A stretch of 64,000 bases of DNA, taken from IMG/VR virus record IMGVR_UViG_3300020564_000003; one strand, given 5' to 3'. The translations under genes were made by a program, and so were the position numbers. Position 1 is the first letter of the stretch; each line of letters begins with the position of its first letter. This DNA is from an uncultured virus (IMG/VR IMGVR_UViG_3300020564_000003). Its lineage: Duplodnaviria > Heunggongvirae > Uroviricota > Caudoviricetes. Positions 8,303 through 18,462 of the stretch are shown piece after piece. Under the pieces are notes generated by a model. It worked only from the letters and a program-made list of their open reading frames with translations, did no database searches and was not told the DNA's origin.

Positions 8303-8968
8303 ATGGCAGTAAATAACAACGGAAATCTTTTAGATTCCGCAGGCGAAGTTGCAATTGACTTTGTATGGGGAAACTTCCCTATTCAACCAAACGATGCTCG
8401 CCCAGATACATCAACAGGTCGTCTAGACCCAGCATTAGATAACCACATCATTGCTCTTTCAGGATGGAACGGTTTTCCACAATATTCACCAAACACAGCA
8501 GGCGAAGATGTAGTTGGTGCAACTGACTATGTACTCGTACCTTCAGTACTTGGTCTTACAACAGCTCTTGCAACAGACGCAATGAAGGACGCATCACTCG
8601 TTCCTACAACTGCAACAGCAGCTACAAACGCAGCTTCAACAATCACAGCAGTATCACGTACAGGTACAACAGCAACAATCACCTCATCAGGTGCTGGTGC
8701 TAAGTACCCTGTTGGAACAAAGATTACAGTTGCAGACCTCGTATCACCAGATACAGCTCTCAACGGTACATGGACAGTTACAGCAGTTGCTACAAACACT
8801 GTTTCTTTCACAACCACAACTTCTGGTGCGCTTTCAACAACAGGTCTTACTGTTGCTGGTCTCACAGGTGTTGCTGGAACAATCAAGACACAGTCAGTTG
8901 CAGCAGGCGCAAACAACACAGCTCCAGGTGCAGCAGTAACAATCACACCATGGGCAGCAGCGTCCTAA
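8303..8968 (+). CDS. Probable virion structural protein (PASTA-like segment with inserted Thr-rich beta domain)
   Basis: Preferred ATG 8303; VPSVLGLT..A PASTA-like motif; strongly biased codons as in the capsid gene. Confidence 0.55.
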   Translation: MAVNNNGNLLDSAGEVAIDFVWGNFPIQPNDARPDTSTGRLDPALDNHIIALSGWNGFPQYSPNTAGEDVVGATDYVLVPSVLGLTTALATDAMKDASLVPTTATAATNAASTITAVSRTGTTATITSSGAGAKYPVGTKITVADLVSPDTALNGTWTVTAVATNTVSFTTTTSGALSTTGLTVAGLTGVAGTIKTQSVAAGANNTAPGAAVTITPWAAAS

Positions 8969-8986
8969 TTAATTAGGGCTTTATTT

Positions 8987-9760
8987 ATGGTACGTCCTAC
9001 AGGCGGAAGCAGCTCTTCTCGGAGGGCTGCTCCGTCTGCTCAGGAAATGATGAATGCAATAGGCCGAGATATTTTCGGTGATGATTTTCAAGGCGGAGTA
9101 ACCGCATCTTCTAAAGGTTCTTTCAACCGCATCTCTGACATCATGTTTGATGATAGTCAGTCAATGGATTATTACAATCCTACAAACTACGCTAATTGGG
9201 CTGGTGAAGACTACAGAACCGCAGAGGGCGATGCACCTGGCCGTAGCGTATACGAGATTATTGACTTTAATCATAATATGAACACAGACCAGTTAGACAA
9301 TCCATCTAACTGGAGAATACCTGGTTTTCAACCAGATGAGATGGAAGATACATCTCCAGCTGATATCACTGTAGTTCCAACCTCTACTACTAATCCAGAC
9401 CGACCAAGAACAGTTGCTGCTGGTTACGATGAAGATGAAGAAAAACTTACGGTTATTTTCCGCGACGGAACCTTCTACAACTACTACGAAGTTTCAGGCG
9501 GTGAGTGGGCTGCGTTTAAGGCCAACCGTTCTAAGGGAGCTATCATTGCTCGTATGCTTGACTTTAAGCCTCGTGGTCCAGCAGATGTATCAAGCCTGTC
9601 TAAGAAAGCACAGCAGGCGTTCTACCGCTATAGTCGTGGTGCTCAAATTGCAGTAAAAGGAAAAGTTCCAGGACAGACTAAGACTATGTACAAAACAATT
9701 GCTCAAAGCAAACGTGGTAAGAACCCATCTAAGGGTGGAAAAAACCCAAGAGGAAGATAA
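8987..9760 (+). CDS. KTSC-domain protein
   Basis: AAGYDEDEEKLTVIFRDGTFYNYYEV...W..F...SKG motif. Confidence 0.7.
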   Translation: MVRPTGGSSSSRRAAPSAQEMMNAIGRDIFGDDFQGGVTASSKGSFNRISDIMFDDSQSMDYYNPTNYANWAGEDYRTAEGDAPGRSVYEIIDFNHNMNTDQLDNPSNWRIPGFQPDEMEDTSPADITVVPTSTTNPDRPRTVAAGYDEDEEKLTVIFRDGTFYNYYEVSGGEWAAFKANRSKGAIIARMLDFKPRGPADVSSLSKKAQQAFYRYSRGAQIAVKGKVPGQTKTMYKTIAQSKRGKNPSKGGKNPRGR

Positions 9761-10168
9761 ATGCCAAAGGTACACAACATCGGACCAAAACACTTTGTAC
9801 AACTAATTGACTTACCTGTTATTTGGGGCAAAAAGTTTGTTGTGCGTGGATGGACGCAAGAAATAGAAGAACCTTTTAGGACTTCTGAACCCTTTTTAGT
9901 AAGATTACCTAAGTACAAAGCACTAGCCTTCGGCAAGTGGACTGGCTTTAAAACTGAAGAAGACGCACTTAAATCGGCACTCAACACACGGGAAGTAACC
10001 TACGATGATTTTACGGAAGAAGCAGGATGGACAGCCCCAGACTCAGATAGAGAAGAGAGTCTCAAAGATATCAACGCCAGACTTGATTCTGTGGATGGAG
10101 CAGTCCATGTACACGATTGGCAAACTTATTACAGAATGGCAGAAGAGTCACAACAACGACCTTCTTGA
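9761..10168 (+). CDS. Hypothetical protein
   Basis: GAGG RBS; 135 aa. Confidence 0.6.
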   Translation: MPKVHNIGPKHFVQLIDLPVIWGKKFVVRGWTQEIEEPFRTSEPFLVRLPKYKALAFGKWTGFKTEEDALKSALNTREVTYDDFTEEAGWTAPDSDREESLKDINARLDSVDGAVHVHDWQTYYRMAEESQQRPS

Positions 10169-10232
10169 TGAAGTTGTACTGGGAACTGAAGTTTTTAATG
10201 CAATCGCCAAGGAACTAAAGAAACGTGCGTAG
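10005..10232 (+). CDS. Hypothetical helical protein overlapping upstream gene
   Basis: 75 aa amphipathic helical ORF with purine-rich upstream sequence; fills gap before terminase. Confidence 0.5.
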   Translation: MILRKKQDGQPQTQIEKRVSKISTPDLILWMEQSMYTIGKLITEWQKSHNNDLLDEVVLGTEVFNAIAKELKKRA

Positions 10233-10319
10233 TGTGTGCTACTATTTTCCTGCTTCACCTCTCTCCTGGTCTGGCGATGGCCCACAGCAATGTGGGTCTA
10301 GTCAATTAATGAGGAAATA

Positions 10320-11915
10320 ATGCCTATTGATTTTGATGACGAGAAGTTTGAGGAAATTAATCCTGAGTTTTATTTACAGGAAGAAGACCTTGAGCAGATA
10401 GAGCTTGAAAAAGAAGAAGAGCTTGATGAGCTCTCTCAGCAATTTGTAGACAAGCTAATTGACAAGATGATGGACTTTTTAAAAGTTCTAGTAGGCCATG
10501 ACTTGCACCCATATCAAAAGCCTTTAGCACGACGCATTATGGAGTCAGTGATTATCAATGACGCTGAAGAGATAACTGCACTTGCTGCACGTCAGTCAGG
10601 TAAGTCAGAAACAGTTGCTGACACTGTAGTTACTCTAATGATTTTGTTACCTCGGTTAGCAAAGCTGTACCCAGAACTTCTTGGTAAGTTTAAAGACGGT
10701 GTGTGGGTTGGTTTATTTGCTCCAACAGAAGGACAGGCAGAAACACTGTTTGGTCGTGCAGTAACTCGTCTTACATCTGAGCGTGCACTAGAGATTTTAA
10801 ACGACGTTGAAATTGACGACAAAGCTGCACGTGTTGGCGGAGTAACTCGTCAGATTAAACTTACTAACTCTGGTTCAAGCATCACAATGATGACCGCTAA
10901 CCCACGTGCAAAAATTGAATCTAAGTCTTTTCATCTTATTGTAATTGATGAGTGCCAAGAAGCAGATGACTTTGTTGTATCTAAGTCTATTGCTCCAATG
11001 CTTGCGTACTACGCAGGAACAATGGTAAAGACAGGTACTCCAACAACAAGTAAGAACAACTTTTACAAAGCCATTCAGTTAAACCGCAGACGACAGACTA
11101 CTCGCGGTAATAGACAAAATCATTACCAGTGGGACTGGAAAGAAGTTATTAAGTACAACAAGAACTACGAACGCTCAATTAAAAAAGAGATGTTGCGTAT
11201 CGGTGAAGACTCTGACGAGTTCCAAATGTCTTACAACTGCAAGTGGTTACTTGAACGAGGTATGTTTATTACTTCGTCTAAGATGGATGAGCTAGGAGAT
11301 ACTTCGCAGGAGTTAGTTAAGTCTTGGCATAAGACTCCTTGTGTTGTTGGTATTGACCCTGCACGTAAAACTGACTCAACTGTTGTAACGGTTGTTTGGG
11401 TTGACTGGGATAGACCAGATGAGTTCGGTTACTTTGACCATCGCATCCTTAACTGGTTAGAACTACAGGGAGATGACTGGGAAGAGCAATATTTTCAAAT
11501 AGTTAACTTCTTAGAGAACTACGATGTACTTGCAGTTGGAGTAGACGCAAACGGTGTAGGCGATGCAGTAGCGCAACGTTTAAAGCTTCTACTACCAAGA
11601 GCTGAGGTTATGCCAATAACTTCAAGCCCAAGTGAGCAATCTAAACGATGGAAACACCTACAAGCGCTAATTCAACGAGAGATGATTTCCTGGCCTGCTC
11701 ATGCCAAGACACGACGATTACGCACCTGGAAACGCTTCTATCAACAGATGACTGATGCCGAAGTTCAGTTCAAAGGACCTAACTTTATGGTTGCAGCCCC
11801 TGACGAAAACTACGCCCACGATGACTTTGTGGACTCTTTATCTATTGCCTGTTCCTTAACTCAAGATTTAGTAATGCCAGAAGTTGTTGCTTCTTCAAAT
11901 CCTTTCTTCGGTTAA
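10320..11915 (+). CDS. terL: Terminase large subunit
   Basis: Walker A ARQSGKS, Walker B LIVIDE, motif III GTP, nuclease GIDPA...VDANG...HDDFVDS. Confidence 0.95.
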   Translation: MPIDFDDEKFEEINPEFYLQEEDLEQIELEKEEELDELSQQFVDKLIDKMMDFLKVLVGHDLHPYQKPLARRIMESVIINDAEEITALAARQSGKSETVADTVVTLMILLPRLAKLYPELLGKFKDGVWVGLFAPTEGQAETLFGRAVTRLTSERALEILNDVEIDDKAARVGGVTRQIKLTNSGSSITMMTANPRAKIESKSFHLIVIDECQEADDFVVSKSIAPMLAYYAGTMVKTGTPTTSKNNFYKAIQLNRRRQTTRGNRQNHYQWDWKEVIKYNKNYERSIKKEMLRIGEDSDEFQMSYNCKWLLERGMFITSSKMDELGDTSQELVKSWHKTPCVVGIDPARKTDSTVVTVVWVDWDRPDEFGYFDHRILNWLELQGDDWEEQYFQIVNFLENYDVLAVGVDANGVGDAVAQRLKLLLPRAEVMPITSSPSEQSKRWKHLQALIQREMISWPAHAKTRRLRTWKRFYQQMTDAEVQFKGPNFMVAAPDENYAHDDFVDSLSIACSLTQDLVMPEVVASSNPFFG

Positions 11916-11990
11916 CCACACAGGCTCTTTAAAAAGCGGGAAACTATTACCTGGAATGGCCTTCCATCTACAACCTTAAGGAGTCTTACT

Positions 11991-12386
11991 ATGGGAATTT
12001 CCCCAGCACCACAGTTTCCAGAGCGTGCACCACATGTGTACGAACTAAAGGAAGCAGGCAATGCAACACGTCGCGGACCACTTCGTTTTGAAGAAGGTAT
12101 TGCAACAGACACAGATGTACCAAATGATTTTCAAAAGGGCATGATGCAGGGTTACGCTCCTGCACCAGGTCGTCCTAATCACAATGCAAACGTATTCTTA
12201 AAGCCAGCTGCAGAAACTCTTGCAGAGCGAGCACACGTTGGTTCTGCCTCATGGGTAGAAGCACCAACATTCCTTGGCGAGTTTGCGCACGGAACAATGA
12301 ACGACTACGCAGCTCAAGTAATTGAGACCAAAGTAGTATCAGGCGGACGCTCACAGCGTCAATCTGCAACAGTCGTAAACGACTAA
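11991..12386 (+). CDS. Conserved hypothetical head-region protein
   Basis: AGGAG RBS; located between terminase and portal. Confidence 0.65.
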   Translation: MGISPAPQFPERAPHVYELKEAGNATRRGPLRFEEGIATDTDVPNDFQKGMMQGYAPAPGRPNHNANVFLKPAAETLAERAHVGSASWVEAPTFLGEFAHGTMNDYAAQVIETKVVSGGRSQRQSATVVND

Positions 12387-12405
12387 TTTAGACAGACGTC
12401 GGTAT

Positions 12406-12427
12406 GCCCCCACAGTAGTGTGGGGGC
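12406..12427 (+). terminator. GC-rich hairpin, possible terminator or binding site
   Basis: gcccccaca-gtag-tgtgggggc, perfect 9-bp stem; no clear U-tract. Confidence 0.45.
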
Positions 12428-12452
12428 TATCGGGTTATCAGGAGGAGATGTA

Positions 12453-12719
12453 ATGGCAAGTAAGCCAGCAAATGAAAAACTTTATTTGATGATTGTTGCT
12501 CAGGCAAAGGCTAAGTATTCTAACTACCCTAATCCTGGAGCAAGTCATTGGGTTCATGAGCGCTACATCCAATCAGGCGGCAAATTTATTGAAACAAATG
12601 AGCAAACTCGCAAATTAGAAATGCATAAAAAAAAGCATATTCGTGATGTTAAGAAAAAGAATGCTACAGTTGCTGATAAGAAGAAAGACTCTAAGAAAGA
12701 TAAGAAGAAAGATAAGTAA
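12453..12719 (+). CDS. Small basic hypothetical protein
   Basis: GGAGGAG RBS before ATG 12453; Lys-rich tail; coupled to portal. Confidence 0.65.
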   Translation: MASKPANEKLYLMIVAQAKAKYSNYPNPGASHWVHERYIQSGGKFIETNEQTRKLEMHKKKHIRDVKKKNATVADKKKDSKKDKKKDK

Positions 12720-14455
12720 TGTCATATCTTGATTTTTCTCCACCATCGTATAGAGCCGCATCCAGCGATTTAACTATCTCTATTTCTCCACTGGGTTTGG
12801 TGGAATTAGCTGACGAAGAATTTGAAGTACATGGTCCACGCTTAAACCGTTACTCACTAAACTGGGCAATGTACCTTGGGCACCACTGGGGCTATCGCCG
12901 TGAGTCTGGCGAAATGCAAATTGCGGTTAATTACTACCGTGCATTTAACGACTTTTTATCACGCTTTGTATTTGGTAAGGGTATTCATTTCCGTTCACCA
13001 AAAGCAACGGAAGCAATTATTCCAGACCGCCTAGAACGAATCTGGGAAGTAGACAACGAAAAAATGCGTGTGCTACTTGAGATGGGGCAACAAGGTGGCA
13101 TTACTGGGGACTGTTTTGTAAAAATTGCGTACGAAGAACCTTGGGTAGACTCTGCTGGAGGAAATCACCCAGGTAGAGTTCGTATTCTTCCTCTTAACTC
13201 TTCTTTTGCTTTCCCTGAGTTTCACCCACACGACCGTACGCGTCTATTGCGTTTTAAGCAGAAGTATCGTTTCTGGGGAACATCCCTTGAAGGCACACGT
13301 CAAGTATTTACCTACACTGAAATTCTTACAGACGACACAATTGAAGAGTACATAAACGATGAGTTAATTGATTCTCGTCCTAATCCACTTGGGTTAGTTC
13401 CTGTTGTACACATACCGAACGTTCCAGTTTCTGGTTCACCTTGGGGTCTCCCAGACGCACACGACATCATTACAATAAACCGCGCTTACAATGAGATATC
13501 AACTGACATAGCAGACATCATTAACTACCACGCTTCTCCTGTGACAGTTATTGTTGGTGCTAAAGCTTCTAACTTAGAAAAAGGCGCAAAGAAGGTTTGG
13601 GGCGGTCTTCCAAAAGATGCTCAAGTCTTCAACCTGGAAGGCGGTGCACAAGGCATTGACGGAGCCTTGAAGTACTTAGAACTTCTAAAGCGCTCAATGC
13701 ACGAGCTAATGAACATCCCAGAAACCGCACTGGGTCAAGTTCAACCTATCTCTAATACATCGGGTGTTGCACTTTCTATTCAGTACCAGCCATTAATGAA
13801 CCGTTACTCACAGAAGGTTGCTCAGTACGGTGTTGGTATTGAAAGAATTAACGAGCTTGCTCTTCGCACTCTTGCTCTAAAAGAGCCTATGCAGTTTATG
13901 TACAACCCTGATGAAGACGGCCCAATCAAAGAAGGCCAGTTAACACAGCTTGATTTTTCAGACCCAATTACTTTCCAAAATTCTGTTCAGTTCCCTCAGC
14001 CTCTCCCACTAGATAAGTTAATTGTCTTGAATGAGATTCAAACTAAAATTGGTATGGGTCTTGAGTCTAAAGAAGGTGCTTTACGTACACTTGGTGAGGA
14101 ATTCCCAGAAGAGAAGCTACAAGAGATTCGTCAAGAGCTTATCTCCGATGCTGGCGCAGATGGCGCTTTGCAACTCGTAAAGATTCAAATCCAGAAAGCA
14201 ATTATGGATATGACTGGAATGATGCCAGGACCTGATGGAAACTCTGCCATCCCTATGCAGCCAACCGAACTCGGTGATGGAGACATCATGGGAGACGGTA
14301 TTAATGGCCCTCAAACTGACGACAGCGTCAACGACCCAGCTCAGCAGCAAATGATGGGCATTGAAAAGAGCCAAGAAGCTGCAATCAGAGAAAGACTTGT
14401 CACTGAAGCCTACGGAACTAAAATTCCTCAGAGGAGAGCAGTAGACAAGAATTAA
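12719..14455 (+). CDS. Portal protein (SPP1 gp6-like)
   Basis: Position between terminase and scaffold; NPLGLVPVVHIPN, NTSGVAL motifs; 578 aa. Confidence 0.88.
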   Translation: MSYLDFSPPSYRAASSDLTISISPLGLVELADEEFEVHGPRLNRYSLNWAMYLGHHWGYRRESGEMQIAVNYYRAFNDFLSRFVFGKGIHFRSPKATEAIIPDRLERIWEVDNEKMRVLLEMGQQGGITGDCFVKIAYEEPWVDSAGGNHPGRVRILPLNSSFAFPEFHPHDRTRLLRFKQKYRFWGTSLEGTRQVFTYTEILTDDTIEEYINDELIDSRPNPLGLVPVVHIPNVPVSGSPWGLPDAHDIITINRAYNEISTDIADIINYHASPVTVIVGAKASNLEKGAKKVWGGLPKDAQVFNLEGGAQGIDGALKYLELLKRSMHELMNIPETALGQVQPISNTSGVALSIQYQPLMNRYSQKVAQYGVGIERINELALRTLALKEPMQFMYNPDEDGPIKEGQLTQLDFSDPITFQNSVQFPQPLPLDKLIVLNEIQTKIGMGLESKEGALRTLGEEFPEEKLQEIRQELISDAGADGALQLVKIQIQKAIMDMTGMMPGPDGNSAIPMQPTELGDGDIMGDGINGPQTDDSVNDPAQQQMMGIEKSQEAAIRERLVTEAYGTKIPQRRAVDKN

Positions 14456-14576
14456 AAATAAATAACAATATAACGAGATTTTTTATCCTAAATGGTATGA
14501 AATTGTCTTGTTAAACCCCAACGTGATACGCCGCAAGGCATACGGACAACGACACAAGAAAAACAGGTGATTAATA

Positions 14577-15326
14577 ATGGCCGATAATCAAGAAGTATTT
14601 GAAGCAGCAACTGCAGCAGCAGCTGTCGCTCAAGAAGTGAGTGAACCAGTGGAACAGGTTTTTACTGCAGACGACGTCGCAAAGGCTCGTGCGCAAGAAA
14701 AATCTAAGCTGTATCCTCAAATGGAAAAGATGGCTAAGGAACTTGAAGCTTTGAAGAAAGCACAAGAAGACGAAGCCGCACGTAAAGCTGCTCACGAGCA
14801 GTCTGTACGTGAGCTAGAAGAGCAAGCTAAAAAGTCCAGGGAAGAAGAAGAACTTTCTGCCAAGGAACTCCTCGCTAAGAAGGAGCAAGAATTTCAGGCT
14901 CAGTTAGAGAACGAACGTCTTGAAAGAGAAAAAGCTTTTGCTCTTCTACACAAAGAACAAGAACTCAACCACCTTACAAATTACCGCGCAACTCGTGTAG
15001 AGCAGGAACGTGACAACATTGTTCCTGAGCTCATTGACCTTGTTAACGGTAATACGCAAGACGAGGTTGAGGCAAGTATCACGCTATTGCGTGAGAAGTC
15101 ACAAAGTATTTTGCAATCTGCTCAAGCAGCAATGCAATCTGCAAAGCAACAAATGGTAGGCGCAAGAGTTACAGCGCCTGCATCAGGACCCCTGGATAAC
15201 AATTCGGAAAACACTTCGTACACGCCTGATTCAATCAGGGATATGTCATTGGCAGATTATGCGAAACAAAGAGCCAAGCTTCTTGGCACTGCAGCCAGCA
15301 ACCGTGGTCAGGGACTGTTCGGTTAA
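14577..15326 (+). CDS. Capsid scaffolding protein
   Basis: Glu/Lys/Ala coiled coil directly before the capsid gene; C-terminal IRDMSLADYAKQR helix. Confidence 0.75.
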   Translation: MADNQEVFEAATAAAAVAQEVSEPVEQVFTADDVAKARAQEKSKLYPQMEKMAKELEALKKAQEDEAARKAAHEQSVRELEEQAKKSREEEELSAKELLAKKEQEFQAQLENERLEREKAFALLHKEQELNHLTNYRATRVEQERDNIVPELIDLVNGNTQDEVEASITLLREKSQSILQSAQAAMQSAKQQMVGARVTAPASGPLDNNSENTSYTPDSIRDMSLADYAKQRAKLLGTAASNRGQGLFG

Positions 15327-15363
15327 TCCCCCACCAACCAACTACTGAAAGGACTTGACCTAA

Positions 15364-16494
15364 ATGGCAAGTGCAATTACAGGCTCCTCGCAACTAGCGA
15401 GTGCTCCAACAGCTTACTCTGGTTCAAACTCATCTTTGAACCAGGCAATTCAAACAATCTGGTCAAAAGAAATTTTGTTCCAGGCAATGCCAATTCTTCG
15501 TTTTGAACAGTTCGCAGTAAAGAAGACTGAACTAGGTGTTGCACCTGGTCTTCGCGTGAACTTCCTTCGTTACAAGAACTTCGCAGTAGACCCATCACCT
15601 CTTACTGAAGGTGTCCGTATGACAACTAACGCTCTCACAGCAGAGCAGATTGCAATCACAGTTGCAGAACACGGCTACGCAGTAGCAGTTTCTGAACTAC
15701 TTTTGAATGCATCATTTGATGACGTAATGGCTTCAGCCTCACGTCTTCTAGGTCGTCACATGGCACAGTACCTAGATGTACAAGCACGTAACACACTTTC
15801 TGCAGCAACTTCTGCAGTATTTGGTTATGACCGCTCAGGCATCACAGGTGGCGCTTTCACTAACTACGATGAAGGAACAGCTGCTACAGCAATCTCACAG
15901 CTTGATGGAAACCACAAGCTAACAACAGGCGCAATCAAGGATGCAGCTCTTACCCTTGCTGGTAAGAACATCCCTCGCTTAGGTGAGACATACGTACAGT
16001 TCGTACACCCAAAGCAGTCTCGTGACCTTCGCTCTAACCCAGAGTTCATTGAAGTCACAAAGTACGCTGCTCCAGGTAACTTCATGCTCGGTGAAATCGG
16101 TCGTCTATACGACGTAGTTTTCATTGAAACAACACAGATTAAGAAGCTTGCTGCTGGTGGTTCATACACCACATCATCACTTGTTGGTGCACCAGCATCA
16201 GCAGGTAGCATCCCTGTGTCTTCTAACACTGCTCCAGGCTCAGGTGGAAACCCAGAGTCTGCAGATTACACAGCTGAAAAGGGTTACCTAACTTCAGCTA
16301 CAGGTAACTCAGCAGATGTTTACGAATCAATCATGATTGGTGACAACGCATTTGGTCACGCAATCAGCCTTCCAGTTGAACTACGTGACGGTGGCGTTCT
16401 TGACTTCGGTCGTGAGCACGCTCTTGCATGGTACGCAATCTGGGGTCTTGGTGTTATCACCGACCAGGCTATCGTCAAGGTTTACACAAACTAA
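15364..16494 (+). CDS. Major capsid protein (N4-gp56-like, HK97 fold)
   Basis: LTEGV, EHGYAV, FVHPKQSRDL, GEIGRLYDVVFIET, DFGR..LAW motifs; highly biased codons. Confidence 0.92.
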   Translation: MASAITGSSQLASAPTAYSGSNSSLNQAIQTIWSKEILFQAMPILRFEQFAVKKTELGVAPGLRVNFLRYKNFAVDPSPLTEGVRMTTNALTAEQIAITVAEHGYAVAVSELLLNASFDDVMASASRLLGRHMAQYLDVQARNTLSAATSAVFGYDRSGITGGAFTNYDEGTAATAISQLDGNHKLTTGAIKDAALTLAGKNIPRLGETYVQFVHPKQSRDLRSNPEFIEVTKYAAPGNFMLGEIGRLYDVVFIETTQIKKLAAGGSYTTSSLVGAPASAGSIPVSSNTAPGSGGNPESADYTAEKGYLTSATGNSADVYESIMIGDNAFGHAISLPVELRDGGVLDFGREHALAWYAIWGLGVITDQAIVKVYTN

Positions 16495-16512
16495 GACTCG
16501 CTTTACCGATGT

Positions 16513-16543
16513 CTGGGGACCCTACTCCTTCCTGGGTCCCCAG
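16513..16543 (+). terminator. Hairpin after capsid gene
   Basis: ctggggaccc-tactccttcct-gggtccccag, perfect 10-bp stem. Confidence 0.55.
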
Positions 16544-16581
16544 CCATCATTAATCACAAACTAACATAGGAGAAATACACC

Positions 16582-16953
16582 GTGGCAAACACACCAACAA
16601 GTCCATTAGATGCGACAGGACGTGCAGCAGAAACTGCAGCAAAGAAAAACGCAAAAGCAATACAAGACCGCAAAGATGAAATTTCAATTGCGGCACAGGT
16701 TGAGGCGGAGAGTTTAGAGAACAACGTCTTTGACCCAAAGAAACCAGATGCTCCGCTTGTTTTAGACGAGATTGAGAACATCGGAGTTACAACAGCGAAC
16801 GACTCAGTAGTTATTCGCACAATTACAGATATTGACGAGATGACATACGGAGTAGGAAACCACTACAGTTTTAAAGCTGGAGTTAAGTACCGAGTGCCTG
16901 GTCATCTTGCTAACTACCTAGAAGAGCTCGGATATATTTGGCGGCCTAACTAA
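16582..16953 (+). CDS. Hypothetical head-associated protein
   Basis: AGGAG RBS, GTG start; follows capsid gene. Confidence 0.65.
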   Translation: MANTPTSPLDATGRAAETAAKKNAKAIQDRKDEISIAAQVEAESLENNVFDPKKPDAPLVLDEIENIGVTTANDSVVIRTITDIDEMTYGVGNHYSFKAGVKYRVPGHLANYLEELGYIWRPN

Positions 16954-16967
16954 GCCGTCAAAAAGTA

Positions 16968-17022
16968 GTCCGACCCTCAACTGGTTCCCGCCCTCCTCCC
17001 AGTTGGGGGTTGGACCTTTTTT
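16968..17022 (+). terminator. Intrinsic terminator
   Basis: 17-bp stem (two G-U pairs), 14-nt C/U-rich loop, followed by TTTTTT. Confidence 0.75.
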
Positions 17023-17070
17023 ATTAGGTTATTTTTGAGATGATTGCTTCATACAGCTTTTGGAGGTTAC

Positions 17071-18132
17071 GTGGCTATTCTTACCAGTTTGGCAGGCCGT
17101 TTACGGTCCGAGCTTGGTGACTTCCCTAAATCATTTGTTTACCAAACAACAGCTGATGGAACCTCAACACGTTACTTAGTTCCGTACTCTCCTCTTGATG
17201 GTATTAACTTAATTATTACGGTTAATGGTGTAGATGTTTCTACAACCGTAGAAGTTGAAGAAGCAACTGGATATATTGTTTTTGATACCGCTCCTATCTC
17301 AGGTCGGTTAATTGTTGTTGCTGGAAATTATTATCGTTACTTTACAAGTGCTGAAATTGAACAGTTTGTTACTACAGCTTTTCAACAGCATACTGCTAAC
17401 CACGTAGACTCTTATGGTCGTCCTGTATCCATTACAACTCTGCCTACGTTGGAAGAATATCCCGTACTTGTTTGGGCTTCTACCTTAGCTCTTTACACTC
17501 TTGCTACAGATGCATCCTTTGACATTGATATTACAGCTCCTGACGGAGTTCAGATTCCTCGTTCTGAACGTTACCGTCAGTTGATGCAAATGATTGAAGT
17601 TCGTAAAACCCAGTACAGAGAGCTGTGTTCACAGCTTGGTATTGGGTTGTACAAGATTGATGTGTTTAGTCTACGTCGTATCTCTAAGACCACAAACCAT
17701 TACGTACCAATTTATGTACCTCAAGAGATAGACGACAGAGAACCAAAGGAACGCGTTTACATACCAATACCTACCTACGGCGGTATAAAGAAACTGACCT
17801 CTGCGTTTACTCAAGACCTGTACGTCTACACTGGAGACAGCTACTCAGTGCAAATTCAGTTTGGGTTTGAGGTCAATAACTATGTTGCTAAATCAGAGAT
17901 TCGTCCTGCTCCAAATAGCCCAATCCTACTTGCATCTTTTGCAACCTCCTACCCAAATGTAGGAGCTGTAGATGGGACTGGGTTGCGTACACTGCAGCTA
18001 GACCTAACTGCTACACAGACAAAGAAGCTTCCTGGGGTCTGCTATTACGATGTACAGCTAACTGACTCAAACGGATTGGTTCACACCTACGTTACTGGAA
18101 AAATCTTTGTAACTGCGCAGGTGACTCAATGA
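17071..18132 (+). CDS. Head-to-tail adaptor-like virion protein
   Basis: GGAGG RBS before GTG 17071; LRSELGD N-terminal motif; position after capsid genes. Confidence 0.6.
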   Translation: MAILTSLAGRLRSELGDFPKSFVYQTTADGTSTRYLVPYSPLDGINLIITVNGVDVSTTVEVEEATGYIVFDTAPISGRLIVVAGNYYRYFTSAEIEQFVTTAFQQHTANHVDSYGRPVSITTLPTLEEYPVLVWASTLALYTLATDASFDIDITAPDGVQIPRSERYRQLMQMIEVRKTQYRELCSQLGIGLYKIDVFSLRRISKTTNHYVPIYVPQEIDDREPKERVYIPIPTYGGIKKLTSAFTQDLYVYTGDSYSVQIQFGFEVNNYVAKSEIRPAPNSPILLASFATSYPNVGAVDGTGLRTLQLDLTATQTKKLPGVCYYDVQLTDSNGLVHTYVTGKIFVTAQVTQ

Positions 18133-18449
18133 CCCAATACGTTCGCCCAGGAGATTCCGCAGGGACAAATCAAGACGTTATCCTAATTGCTGCCCCATCC
18201 CCAGGAAGTATCTCTGGAATAAATCCAGTAATAGTTGGGGGACCTACAGCTCAAACTCTCGCATATACTCATGTCCAGAGTATCTCGTCTAATATTTGGG
18301 TCATAAATCATAACTTAAACTTTCTCCCTAACGTGACAGTTGCCGATTCGTCTGGCGCTATCTGCGAAGGAGAGATTGAGTATACAAACAGTGATTCGTT
18401 AACTCTTACTTTTACTGGTGCATTTAGCGGAAAAGCGTACTTGTCCTAA
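18129..18449 (+). CDS. Small virion fibre-associated protein
   Basis: WVINHNLN.P.V.V...F....SGKAYL beta module, similar to C-terminus of next gene. Confidence 0.6.
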   Translation: MTQYVRPGDSAGTNQDVILIAAPSPGSISGINPVIVGGPTAQTLAYTHVQSISSNIWVINHNLNFLPNVTVADSSGAICEGEIEYTNSDSLTLTFTGAFSGKAYLS

Positions 18450-18462
18450 GGAGACACAAATA

